Below are positions 35,607-49,054 of a DNA stretch of 64,000 nt, one piece after another. The notes beneath the pieces were generated by a model, which saw nothing but the letters and a program-made list of their open reading frames with translations, was not told the DNA's origin and did no database searches. Source of the stretch: Macrostomum lignano (lineage: Eukaryota). Each line of letters starts with the position of its first letter. Within the stretch, counting starts at the first letter, position 1. The stretch lies in contig NIVC01002677.1 of the NCBI GenBank assembly GCA_002269645.1, positions 86,133 to 150,132 of the forward strand, read 5' to 3'. Both the position numbers and the translations under genes were made by a program.

Positions 35607-35954
35607 GCTTGCAGCACTCGAAGTCAATGAAAGCATGTCATTTATAGACTCAGAAATCAACGAATTCCGACTACTTGTCTTGTGGGCAGATCCTCAGCTC
35701 TCGTGAATGCCTCACTGACTTCTCCTGATTGCAGTCAAACTTCTTAGCTTTCATGGATTGCTCCTTGAGCCCTGGAGTCTGTCAAATACCATTTTCCGAT
35801 CCAGGACAGTCTTAAAAACGTTTTTGAACAGCTATTTGTTGACTTTGTTGGCAGGTTCTCTTTAAAAAAGATTTTTTAAGACCATTTTTCAATTCGACAA
35901 GGAAAATTTTTTTAACTCAGAAGCAATTTTTCCTAGAAGTGACGGCATGGCTAT

Positions 35955-36440
35955 TTTTTCGGCGTCATTGTAACACCCTGTTGGCGTCATTGTAACACCC
36001 TGTTGGCGTCACTGCAACACCCTGTTGGCGTCATTGTAACACCCTGTTGGCGTCATTGTAACACCCTGTTGGCGTCATTGTAATTGTAACACCCTGTCGG
36101 CGTCACTGTAACACCCTGTTGGCGTCATTGTAATTGTAACACCCTGTCGGCGTCGTTGTAACACACCCTGTCGGCGTCATTGTAATTGTAACACCCTGTC
36201 GGCGTCACTGTAACACCCTGTTGGCGTCATTGTAATTGTAACACCCTGTCGGCGTCATTGTAACACACCCTGTCGGCGTCACTGTAACACCCTGTCGGCG
36301 TCACTGTAACACCCTGTTGGCGTCATTGTAATTGTAACACCCTGTCGGCGTTATTGTAACACCCTGTCGGCGTCACTGTAACACCCTGTCGGCGTTATTG
36401 TAACACCCTGTCGGCGTCACTGTAACACCCTTTTGGCGCC
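35955..36440. repeat. 22-bp minisatellite (GGCGTCATTGTAACACCCTGTT/C)n
   Basis: About 20 units with TAATTG insertions. Confidence 0.95.
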
Positions 36441-36625
36441 AATATTATGGCACTGTTTTGGCACCACTGTTGCACTTTTCTGGGCGCCACTGGTTCCTTA
36501 TTTTTGCTGCCATCCTACAAGTACATTGTGAGGTTAGGGTTTTGTTTCTTCAGTAGAAACAGTTCCCAGCCTTTAAATAAGCGGCTGCTCGGCAGCGGTG
36601 GCTTCTGGTTGAGCTACAAGTTATA

Positions 36626-36895
36626 TAATAATTGATTTCACCTGCCCCAATTGGGACAGATGTGCAACCGACAGCTCAGCCGCAGCTATTGCGCGGCGCA
36701 TCTGAAGTCTGCGTACGGCCGCTCAGTCCAAGAACTTTGGGGTCGCCACGCACACCCTCAATTACCCCAGCTAATGCTGGCACCCATTTTACAGCTGGGT
36801 GTCTTGCTCAAGGACACAAATTGTTCCGAGTGGGTCGAGACTCGAACCCCCGACCTTTCAGTCGTCAGTGCGACGCTCTGACCACTGCGGTAGGC
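36626..36895 (-). mobile_element. tRNA-derived CORE-like SINE (family B), longer copy
   Basis: Minus strand: CGCAGTGGTCAGAGCGTC..GGGGGTTCGAGTCTC head, GTGTCCTTGAGCAAGACAC..CCAGCTGTAAAATGGG core, tail ending CAATTATTAT like the 21758 copy. Confidence 0.8.
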
Positions 36896-37924
36896 TGCAA
36901 CCCCAAGTTAATTCCACTGGTTTTGATCTGGCGGTTGAAGCCACTGCATGCGCCAGCTGATCCCGTCATTAGTTATTAATGAGCTGATGCAGCCCTCCTG
37001 TCTCTCTATTCCGGAATCCAACACACTGAGGTGGGGCAGCTGGTACCCTTCCTGATCTCCCTCACTTCCCCCCCCTCTGCGTCTCTCCACCACCCCCCCC
37101 CCCCCCCAGCATCTCAAGGGGCAGCTCCACCGGCGGCGAGCCACTCGAGCACGGAGTCTGCATCAATATTCGGCGTCTCAACTCAGTCCCCACCTGATCC
37201 CTTCGCTAGGCCGCGCGATCTTCCATCCGATGAGGTCCCGAGGCCTCAAACCCTTGCGTCTGTCGCTTCGCACCGATGGCGTTTAAGAGGCGCAAAGTGC
37301 TTGAAGTTTTTTTCCTGCACCAAACAGCTTCTCCTCCTTTGCATGTTCGAGCTTCGAACTTTTGAGAACTTTTTTCTCATCTCTCGTTTTCGTTTCGGTG
37401 CGGCTACTCGAATTCTCGAACGATTTGCTCAAAACTTTCTTGTGTTTTTAACAAACTCGTCTCGAAGCTGCATCAGCTCCCCTGGACACTGTACTCGCAA
37501 AGAATCGTTTGTCGCTACTCAACGGAAAGTTTTCTCAGTTTGTTTATCAAGGACTACTCAAGTTTAGGGGGCCGGTTATTTCCAGATAAATACACTACGG
37601 AGATAGGAAGTTTTCATTTTTTCAGCACAAAATAATTGTGTTATTTCTTTCAATCGGAGGCAGACCCAATGTTCATCTTCTGATATGTTGTGCCTTTCTT
37701 ATAGCTCTATTGATATTCATAAAGCTTTTCGTTCAGAAAATTAGAGTTCTTTGTTAATTTTTTTTTCTACGAGTACGTAACATTGTACATTTCCTGTGCC
37801 TAAAACCATTAAAAATGTCACGGCTCGGCTCATTAGTTTTATGAATCTATTTTTAATTCTTAGCTGACTTTGTGACAATGCGTGTAGCAGAGATGAAAAA
37901 GAAAATTGATTCAAAATACTGACA

Positions 37925-38525
37925 ATCAAATGTCACTGATAATCAATTGCCACTGACAGTCAAATTTCACTGATTGTCAAATGTCACTGACAGTCAAATG
38001 TCACTGATTTTCAAATGTCACTGGGAGTAAAATGTCACTGACAGTCAAGTGTCACTGATTGTCAAATGTCACTGATTGTCAAATATCACTGATTGTCAAA
38101 TATCACTGATTGTCAAATGTCACTGGCAGTCAAGTGTCACTGATTGTCAAATGTCACTGATTTTCAAATGTCACTGATTGTCAAATATCACTGACAGTCA
38201 AATGTCACTGTTGTTAAATGTCACTGACAGTCAAATGTCACTGGCAGTCAAATGTCACTGTTGTTAAATGTCACTGACAGTCAAATGTCACTGACAGTCA
38301 AATGTCACTGATTGTCAAATGTCACTGATAGTCAAATGTCACTGACAGTCAAATGTCACTGATAGTCAAATGTCACTGACAGTCAAATGTCACTGACACT
38401 CAAATGTCACTGACAGTCAAATGTCACTGATAGTCAAATGTCACTGACAGTCAAATGTCACTGATAGTCAAATGTCACTGACAGTCAAATGTCACTGACA
38501 GTCAAATGTCACTGACAGTAAAATG
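37925..38525. repeat. 17-bp minisatellite (AAATGTCACTGACAGTC)n
   Basis: About 35 units. Confidence 0.95.
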
Positions 38526-40074
38526 TCGTAGGCCCATTTGCGAGTGCAACATCTTTCTACTTCAGTTCTTCATGCTTGTAAGAATTTAATTCAGCGCCAT
38601 TTCCAGCTGAATTTTTTGGGACTCCAGGCTCATTCTGCGCCAAAAGCGACTATCATCAATTCCTACGAGCGTAATTTCATTACCGTCCCACCATCTGCTG
38701 GCTGTCTGCGCCAAATCCCACTGCAAATCTGTCTTCCCATTTCTATGGCGATCCTTCCCCTCTTTTTCAGCGTCCTCGACCGGCTCCATCATAGCTAATT
38801 TCAAGTGCCAAAACCAAATATAGAGATCTGAGGGGGTGGGGGGGGGTGTAGAAGAGCCACGGGCTGAGGGTCCCGTGGGACAATGTGTGCTCAACGCTGC
38901 CTCACCTCCCCGAGGATTCTCCCCCCCTTTTCACTCATCGACTCGAGTGAGGCGAAACAGAAGCGGAGTTAAGCAGGCAGCCACAGACCGACTCGAGCTC
39001 GGGCGGCAGTCTTCAACTGATGCAAAATTAATTGCGGCTTCTCGAATAATTTTGTTTTAGCGGCCGGCCAGTGAAGAGAGCTGGGCGGCACGGGCAGGTG
39101 AGGATCCGGTTGCCACGGGCGGGGCATCATCTGCTCGAATCCATTTGTCGATTTTTCCATTTCTGCTACGGCAACCCTTCGGTTGATTGGCGCGTCGAGA
39201 GCGCCAGCTGAAGCACACCGGGGGCACAAAGCGATTTCCTGATCCCAGCTCTGTCCGACTGTCCTTCATGGATAATTCAGCCGCAGCCGCCTCAAAGCCG
39301 GGTAAAGGGGGGGGGAGGGTTGGTAGAGCGGCTTTCCGCTGTTACAGGCCCGATCGCAATTCCAACACAGCGGCTCCACCGCACCGCTTGTCTTGATTCG
39401 ATCAGGCGTACCGACTCTCCCGCCTTCCTGCCTGTCCTTGTGTGTCCCCGCGTCCTCTCTCTCTCTCTCTCTCTCTCTCACGGTTTCCCTGTTTAGCACA
39501 CGTCTAATATTCATTTGTTCTCCCTGTATGCCCTCCGCGGGTCTCTCTCTCTCTCTTATTTATTCGCTGCAGAAGCGGCTGCGACCCAAACTTGATCCTT
39601 CAATCTATCAGGGGGGGGGGGCTCGAAGCGCTGGAGCGTCACTCGATCTGGTGCGCATGCGACCGAATATGATGGAGGCAAACACGGGCCCCAGCGCACA
39701 GACTGCCATGTTGCTTGACTATCATTATATTTTGCTTTCTGTCCCATTCGTCTTTTTGCTCAGCCGGCCACACCCCAGCGGCTCCCGCCTCGTCAGGGCC
39801 GAAAGGCTGCGGATCTCCCCGCTGTGCCCCCAGAGTGTCGCTCGCTTGAGCGCTTTGCCCGCCTGAGTAACTGCTGTGTAGCCATTTGTCGAGTAGATGA
39901 ACACACCAACTTTCACGGTTGGGAGCTGTGCGTACTTTCTGCCAAGATGTCTCATTCACTGATTTCTATGTGTCTGCTTCTAGTTCAAGTTCTGCTTTTA
40001 CTTCTGCTTCGCAGGTGCGAATTTGAGCACGCATTCCATCTTAAATTCGAGAGCAAATGCTACTGCAGCTAGAA

Positions 40075-40769
<695 letters not shown>

Positions 40770-40880
40770 ACTGCAACTAGAGTCATACGAGTATCATGAC
40801 AGATCTGTAACTTCTTGGCTAAAACGGAAGCATTTAGTTATTGATTTTGTTGAACCTTGCGCTTATTTACACCGGGTTCG

Positions 40881-40916
<36 letters not shown>

Positions 40917-41441
40917 CTGTTGCATCCATCAGTTGGAAGTCAACTCCCACGTCAAAAGATTCCTGCCAAAGCCAGACTTGTCCAGGGCATCCGCATTGGT
41001 GTAGCTGCACCGGTGCACTTCCTTTCCGCTGGCTGGAGAGGGGGGTCTGGAGGCAGCTGGAGGACTTGCAGAAGAACCAGCCTGCAGGTACTGCCTCTCC
41101 ATCTCTGCCCCGATGTCATTGTCTCCGCGCTCCATTCAGCCTCTACGTGCAACTGCAGAGGTTCTCACCTGAGCTCTTCATCTCCTGCAATTCTGCGTGA
41201 ATTTCTCCAGTCTCTGGCGAGCTTCCATCTGCACGAGCCTGTCTTTGGATTCAACACTTACTTGCTTGAATTTGCACTCATAATAAATTTATCGAATTCA
41301 GCTTATCTGCGATCCTCCATCGTTTTAGGTTGAAGCAATGTATTGTTAAAATTCTTATTTGAAATTTGCTTTTAAAAAAATTTATTTATTGATCCGGTAG
41401 GCTTGCGGCGAAGCTAATGTCTCCTCTAGGCGAAAATTGGT

Positions 41442-41835
<394 letters not shown>

Positions 41836-41901
41836 ATTTCAAAAGCCAGAGTCAAAGCAAAGCAAGGTCCTCAGTCGCAGTCCAAGAGTTATCCCAAAGT
41901 C

Positions 41902-42630
41902 TTAGACGCTGGTCTCCTGGGGTCTGAGCTCGTCGATCTCGTCAGCCGGCTGCAAAGCGGCGACGCAGTCGCAGCCTCCGTCAGGCAGCTCAGCCGTGGC
42001 GGGCGCGGCGTCTCTCTGCTTGGAGTCGATGAGGCGCGCAGTCTCCGTGAGCGAGGGCGGCAGCTTCGGCTTGGCCTCGCCGCAGAGCTCCTTCTTGAAG
42101 TGCTGATCGTTGAAGAAGTAGATGAACACGTTCACGATGGAGTCGGTGACCGACAGGATGTACGTGACCTGGAATATCCTGATGGCGACGCTCCTGGACA
42201 CTTTGGTGTACACTTTGAACACGAAGAAGACGATGGCCCGGGGACCTTCGAGCAGAGCGAAAGTCAGGGAGAAGATGAACACCATGTGGGTGATCTTCTT
42301 GTTGCGCTCCGAGCTGTTCACCATGCTGTTCGAGCGCAGCGACACCACCAGCAGGACCGACGAGGTGATGATCGCCACCAGAGGGATGGTCTGGCTGAGC
42401 AGCGTCCAGAACATGTTGACGGTGTCGCGGTTCCTCGACTTGCTCAGCATCACGTGCAGCAGCAGAATTCCGCGGCGCTGCCAGCCGGTCGTGTTGCAGG
42501 CGTTGAACTCCAGGCTGAGGAAGTTGCGCGTGTTGATGAGGTAGGACCGGGCCAGGCTCAGCGACACCACCAGGACCAGCTTCAGCGCGAAGATCAGCGA
42601 TATGCGGCGAAGGCTGTACATCTGGCTCAC
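41902..42630 (-). CDS. Class A peptide GPCR (FMRFamide/myosuppressin-receptor-like), exon 2 (TM4-TM7, C-tail)
   Basis: cccacag|GTG. TM5 QTIPLVAIITSSVLLVVSL, TM6 ITHMVFIFSLTFALLEGP, TM7 LSVTDSIVNVFIYFF..FKKEL; stop at 41902. Confidence 0.92.
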   Translation of the reverse strand: MSQMYSLRRISLIFALKLVLVVSLSLARSYLINTRNFLSLEFNACNTTGWQRRGILLLHVMLSKSRNRDTVNMFWTLLSQTIPLVAIITSSVLLVVSLRSNSMVNSSERNKKITHMVFIFSLTFALLEGPRAIVFFVFKVYTKVSRSVAIRIFQVTYILSVTDSIVNVFIYFFNDQHFKKELCGEAKPKLPPSLTETARLIDSKQRDAAPATAELPDGGCDCVAALQPADEIDELRPQETSV

Positions 42631-42800
42631 CTGTGGGAGGGACGGTGCGTGGTCAATTTGATTGAACCTTGCCTACTGTTTTGCGGTTCGTGTTATGAGG
42701 GATGTTCATTTGCGGTTTGTGTACGAAAATTTACGAGAGCCGGTGGTCAACTCGCAACTGCCCGCAATCGCCTCCTGCTAATATTTATTGCTGCTTTTAC

Positions 42801-43304
42801 CTGCACATTTGTCCGACGAGTTGCCACGTAGCAGCGCAGCAGGGCGGTGATGGCCACCCAGCAGTTGCGGCTGAACTGCGACACCACGGACAGGTAGGCG
42901 AACAGAGTCAACAGGTTGTACACCAGGGTGGTCAGGCCGGAGCTCTCCGTCGGCATGTACAGCGAGTAGGCGAACAGCAGGGACTCGTTGGCGTCAAGCT
43001 GGGCATTGAGCCCGGCCCAGTGGTACAGGCCCTTCACGGAGACGGTCATGATGGTGTACGTCACGGCGCTGGTCAGGCAGAAGGACACCTCGCACACGGA
43101 CAGGAACACCAGGAACAGGTGGAAGCTGTTCCTGCTGCCGGACTTGTTGAACACCCGGACGAAGACCACCAGGGACAGGATGTTGAGCACCAAGCCGAGG
43201 CAGGACACCGCTATGGTCAGCGAGTTGAAGACAGTCTCGCCGAAGTCCTTCGTCCTAGCGAAGTACTCGGTCTCGTTGAGGGCGGCGCATTCGCCTTGCA
43301 GCAT
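42801..43304 (-). CDS. Class A peptide GPCR, exon 1 (TM1-TM3)
   Basis: tccgccATG start. LGLVLNILSLVVF (TM1 G..N), LVFLSVCE (TM2), SRNCWVAITALLRC (TM3); CAG|gtaaaa donor, phase 0. Confidence 0.92.
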
Positions 43305-43627
43305 GGCGGAGCTGGCGGGCAGTTGCTGGGACTGAGAGGAGCGGCGGCAGCGGCGCCGAGGTCGAACAGCGGCGGAAATAAAGAAGCCGGTCTTGACGAC
43401 CTGGGCGGAGGGGCTGCGGCAGCTGCATCGGCACTGGCTGCACTGGCTTGGGCCAATCCAGGGCGCTCCAGTATCGATTTGAGGTATTGTACGAGCGTGG
43501 AAAAAATAGGTCGCTTTCGTTTCTTAGAAACATTTTGATGTGACTCACATGTCGCTTCTTCTTGCAATGCGTTAAAAACTTTATTATTTTAAGAACGATA
43601 ATTAAAATTATAGAGGGTAGTCAAAAT

Positions 43628-44365
43628 CGCCCCCCATCGGGTAATGATAATCGCCCAATCAGATAATGAGAATCGCCCCACAGATAATGAGAATCGCCCC
43701 ATCAGATAATGAGAATCGCCCCCATCGGATAATGAGAATCGCCCTATCAGATAATGAGAATCGCCCCATCAGATGATGAGAATCGCCCTAGCAGATCATG
43801 AGAATCGCCCTAGCAGATCATGAGAATCGCCCCCATCGGATAATGAGAATCGCCCTATCAGATAATGAGAATCGCCCCATCAGATAATGAGAATCGCCCC
43901 ATCAGATAGTGAGAATCGCCCCATCAGATAGTGAGAATCGCCCCATCAGATAATGAGAATCGCCCCATCAGATAATGAGAATCGCCCCATCAGATAATGA
44001 GAATCGCCCCATCCGATAATGAGAATCGCCCCATCAGATAATGAGAATCGCCCCATCAGATAATGAGAATCGCCCCATCCGATAATGAGAATCGCCCCAT
44101 TAGATGATGAGAATCGCCCCATCAGATAACGAGAATCGCCCCATCAGATAATGAGAATCGCCCCATCAGATAATGAGAATCGCCCCATCTGATAATGAGA
44201 ATCGCCCCATCAGATAATGAGAATCGCCCCCATCGGATAATGAGAATCGCCCTATCAGATAGTGAGAATCGCCCCATCAGATAATGAGAATCGCCCCATC
44301 AGATAGTGAGAATTGCCCCATTAGATGATGAGAATCGCCCCATCAGATAATGAGAATCGCCCCAA
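43628..44365. repeat. 22-bp minisatellite (GATAATGAGAATCGCCCCATCA)n
   Basis: About 33 units starting ~320 nt upstream of the GPCR ATG. Confidence 0.96.
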
Positions 44366-44884
44366 ACAGTGTTAGAGCTACATCAGGAAATCTGCATCAC
44401 TTAAAAAAATTAACTAATTGCACAAAAAAGCAGATTTGTTTCCCCAGCCGGGCAGCATCCCCTGCAGGCATTCCCATTTAGCAAGCAGCAGCTCAAATCC
44501 CACACGCTACGCAACTTCCTGAGTTGTTCATCACTAATGCGAGCTTTCTATTTCAATATTCCAGCTCATTACGGGATTCCGTTCTCACTGCGGTGCCCAT
44601 GACTTTCCCAGCCTCCCATGTACTTTGCAAGATTCTCCCCATCGCCATCTGCTTTCTCTCGAACTTTTTCGCATTACGAGGATGGGGGGCGCTGGGAGAT
44701 TTTGAGATAGTGACAGTGGCGGATTTCACGCCGCCGCCTTGAGGATTGAATTTGGTTTTATAATAATCCCCTTCATCTCTTGAGGCTCGAAATCTCCATA
44801 GCGAGATGAGGGACACTGGGGAGTTCACGACTAAAATAATTTCACCAATTTTCTATGCCTGCAGTGAGATGAATAATAGCTCAC

Positions 44885-45245
44885 ACTGACTCATAGTGAC
44901 TCATAGTGACTCAGAGTGACTCATAGTGACTCGTAGTGACTCGTAGTAACTCATAGTGACTCCTAGTGACTCATAGTGACTCATAGTGACTCATAGCGAC
45001 TCATAGTGACTCATAGTGACTCAAAGTGACTCATAGTGACTCATAGTAACTCATAGTGACTCATAGTAACTCATAGTAACTCATAGTAACTCATAGTGAC
45101 TCATAGTGACTCATAGTGACTCATAGTGACTCATAGTGACTCGCAGTAGCTCATAGTGACTCAGTGACTCATAGTAACTCATAGTGACTCATAGTGACTC
45201 ATAGTGATTCATAGTGACTCATAGTGATTCATAGTGACTCAATGC
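44885..45245. repeat. 10-bp tandem repeat (TAGTGACTCA)n
   Basis: About 35 units. Confidence 0.96.
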
Positions 45246-45269
45246 GACTCATTTTGACTCATTGTAAAC

Positions 45270-47075
45270 CGCCATCTCATAGAATCGCCCCACCATCTCA
45301 AAGAATCGCCCCCGCCATCTCAAAGAATCGCCCCGCCAACTCAAAGAATCGCCCCGCCATCTCAAAGAATCGCCCCCACCATCTCAAAGAATCGCCCCCG
45401 CCATCTCAAAGAATCGCCCCGCCATCTCAAAGAATCGCCCCGCCATCTCAAAAAATCGCCCCGCCAACTCAAAGAATCGCCCCGCCATCTCAAAGAATCG
45501 CCCCGCCATCTCAAAGAATCGCCCCGCCAACTCAAAGAATCGCCCACGCCATCTCGAAGAATCGCCCCGCCATCTCGAAGAATCGCCCCGCCATCTCAAA
45601 GAATCGCCCTGCCATCTCAATGAATCGCCCCGCCATCTCAAAGAATCGCCCCGCCATCTCAAAGAATCGCCCCGCCAACTCAAAGAATCGCCCCGCCATT
45701 TCAAAGAATCGCCCCCGCCAACTCAAAGAAACGCTCCGACATCTCAAAGAATCGCCCCGCCATCTCAAAAAATCGCCCCGCCAACTCAAAGAATCGCCCC
45801 GCCATCTCAAAGAATCGCCCCGCCATCTCAAAGAATCGCCCCGCCATCTCAAAAAATCGCCCCCGCCATCTCAAAGAATCGCCCCGCCAACTCAAAGAAT
45901 CGCCCACGCCATCTCGAAGAATCGCCCCGCCATCTCAAAGAATCGCCCCGCCAACTCAAAGAATCGCCCACGCCATCTCAAAGAATCGCCCCGCCATCTC
46001 GAAGAATCGCCCCGCCATCTCAAAGAATCGCCCTGCCATCTCAAAGAATCGCCCCGCCATCTCAAAAAAAAGCTCCGCCATCTCAAAGAATCGCCCCGCC
46101 ATCTCAAAAAATCGCCCCGCCATCTCAAAGAATCGCCCCCGCTGTCTCAAAGAATCGCCCCGCCAACTCAAAGAATCGCCCCGCCATCTCAAAGAATCGC
46201 CCCCACCATCTCAAAGAATCGTCCCGCCATCTCGAAGAATCGCCCCGCCATCTCAAAGAATCGCCCCGCCATCTCAAAGAATCGCCCCCACCATCTCAAA
46301 GAATCGTCCCGCCATCTCGAAGAATCGCCCCGCCATCTCAAAGAATCGCCCCCGCTGTCTCAAAGAATCGCCCCCGCAACTCGAAGAATCGCCCCCGCTA
46401 TCTCAAAGAATCGCCCCCGCTATCTCAAAGAATCGCCCCGCCATCTCAAAGAATCGCCCCCGCCAACTCAAAGAATCGCCCCCGCCATCTCAAAGAATCG
46501 CCCCGCCATCTCAAAGAATCGCCCCGCCATCTCAAAGAATCGCCCCCGCCAACTCAAAGAATCGCCCCCGCCATCTCAAAGAATCGCCCCGCTATCTCAA
46601 AGAATCGCCCTCGCCATCTCAAAGAATCGCCCCCGCTATCTCAAAGAATCGCCCTCGCCATCTCAAAGAATCGCCCTCGCCATCTCAAAGAATCGCCCTC
46701 GCCATCTCAAAGAATCGCCCCCGCCATCTCAAAGAATCGCCCCCGCTGTCTCAAAGAATCGCCCCCGCCAACTCAAAGAATCGCCCCCGCTGTCTCAAAG
46801 AATCGCCCCGCCATCTCAAAGAATCGCCCCCGCCATCTCAAAGAATCGCCCCCGCTGTCTCAAAGAATCGCCCCCGCCATCTCAAAGAATCGCCCCGCCA
46901 TCTCAAAGAATCGCCCCGCCAACTCAAAGAATCGCCCCCGCTATCTCAAAGAATCGCCCCCGCTATCTCAAAGAATCGCCCTCGCCAACTCAAAGAATCG
47001 CCCCGCCAACTCAAAGAATCGCCCCGCCATCTCAAAGAATCGCCCCGCCAACTCAAAGAATCGCCCATCTCAGGG
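45270..47075. repeat. 21/22-bp minisatellite (GCCATCTCAAAGAATCGCCCC[C])n, ~1.8 kb
   Basis: About 84 units; explains the 621-aa low-complexity ORF. Confidence 0.97.
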
Positions 47076-47537
47076 CAAATCGCTATTGAAAGTCACTGGG
47101 AAATGATTCATTCGCAAAACCTTTCTCGGATAGGAATAAACATTTTTCATCTAACATTCTTTCGACTCACGGAGCTTCCCACACTCTCACTCAGCTCCTC
47201 TCTTCCCCCTGCTAGTAGCAATTGTGCAGAATAATTTCATCACTGCTTTCATAAGCATAATTTCTGCATAAATTTGTCGCAGAAAAACAACGAAAATCTG
47301 ATTTATCGTTTGAAATACAGCTATCTTTGTGCTTTCTGTCTCGCTTTTGTGACCCTCGCAATTAGTGGGGCCGCTCAGCCTCCTAGCACCATCATATCAT
47401 TTACGAGCTATATTCTCTCGCTTCAATCTGATCTGCTGGTCCTAATTCTGCGGCTAGGTGTTTCACGGGGGAGACACAATACAGAGCACTGAACAAAATT
47501 GACACTTTTATTGATTCTTGCTGCAACTGTTCACCGA

Positions 47538-48365
47538 TACTCATCTTCAGGAATCATTTCTCCATCCTCATTCTCTCGATAATCATCTTCAGGAATCATT
47601 TCTCCATCCTCACTCTCTCGATAATCATCTTCAGGAATCATTTCTCCATCCTTACTCTCTCGATAATCATCTTCAGGAATCATTTCTCCATCCTCACTCT
47701 CTCGATAATCATCTTCAGGAATCATTTCTCCATCCTTACTCTCTCGATAATCATCTTCAGGAATCATTTCTCCATCCTCACTCTCTTGATAATCATCTTC
47801 AGGAATCATTTCTCCATCCTCACTCTCTTGATAATCATCTTCAGGAATCATTTCTCCATCCTCACTCTCTCGATAATCATCTTCCCGAATCATTTCTCCA
47901 TCCTCACTCTCTCGATAATCATCTTCCCGAATCATTTCTCTATCCTCACTCTCTTGATAATCATCTTCCCAAATCATTTCTCCATCCTCACTCTCTTGAT
48001 AATCATCTTCCCAAATCATTTCTCCATCCTCACTCTCTTGATAATCATCTTCAGGAATCATTTCTCCATCCTCATTCTCTCGATAATCATCTTCCCGAAT
48101 CATTTCCCCATCCTCACTCTCTTGATAATCATCTTCCCGAATAATTTTCCCATCCACACTCTCTCGATAATCATCTTCAGGAATTCATTTCTCCATCCTC
48201 CCATCCTCTCTCTCGATGATTATCTTCCCGAATCATTTCCACATCCTCACTCTCTCAATAATCATCTTCAGGAATCATTTCCCTATCCTCACTCTTCAAA
48301 TAATCATCTTCAGGAATCATTTTCCCATCCTCACTCTCTTGATAATCATCTTAAGGAATCATTTC
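47538..48365. repeat. 42-bp minisatellite (GATAATCATCTTCAGGAATCATTTCTCCATCCTCACTCTCTC)n
   Basis: About 19 units. Confidence 0.95.
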
Positions 48366-49054
48366 CTTCATATCGCTAGTGCATTTATTATGCTCTGGAG
48401 AAATCAGATTTTTCTAGCACGGATATTTCCCGACAGATTTGTCTATGGCAATACCCCATTTTGTGCTGTGCGTTCTCCGGAGCAATACAGAGAAGCCCCT
48501 AAAGACCGAAGCGAAGCATTTCTGTCACTAAAACTGCCTATCAAGAAATCGAAATCGAGGCACCCTGTTATTAACTGTTGAACACGGGCTGAAGAACATG
48601 AATAAGGAAGCACTGGGGGGATTTAGCACGGATTATCCCCCATCCAGCAGCCTGCAGGGCTCTGCATCAATGGCATATATTAATAGACGCAGCTGCCAGC
48701 CATCAATTGAAGCCCTTGGCCAGTTCATTTTTCCCAGTTAGGAGAAAAAAGATGAGCCAGATCCCTTAGCGGGTCTTCGGTCCTCGAAATCTCCCATAGG
48801 AACGGACCCGGCGGGCCCATATCTGTTGGCCCTCGTCCCCCGGGTCTCATTAAACTTGGAACACATCCGCCCTTATCTGCTGCTCATTTTCTGCTTTTAA
48901 TCTCATCCCAGCCTCTCTCATCCTGATTTCTGCTTTTTTTCAATTCGACAGCTTTTCCGGTTGACCCAGACAGACAAGCCAACTGTACCGGTCTCATATT
49001 CAATCGCTGTGCTGCCATGCTGACGAGTTCAACTAACCAATGGGACAGGGTGCC

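Noticed and set aside
37222-37250. Hammerhead-ribozyme-like string (CCGATGAGGTCCCGAGGCCTCAAA); also CTGACGAG at ~49021
   Set aside because: They lack the CUGANGA...GAAA core with a closed stem II.
38586-38894. 102-aa minus-strand ORF (MMEPVEDAEK...)
   Set aside because: It has no recognisable domain and no linked exons; the same holds for ORFs at 28029, 30073 and 39393-39959.
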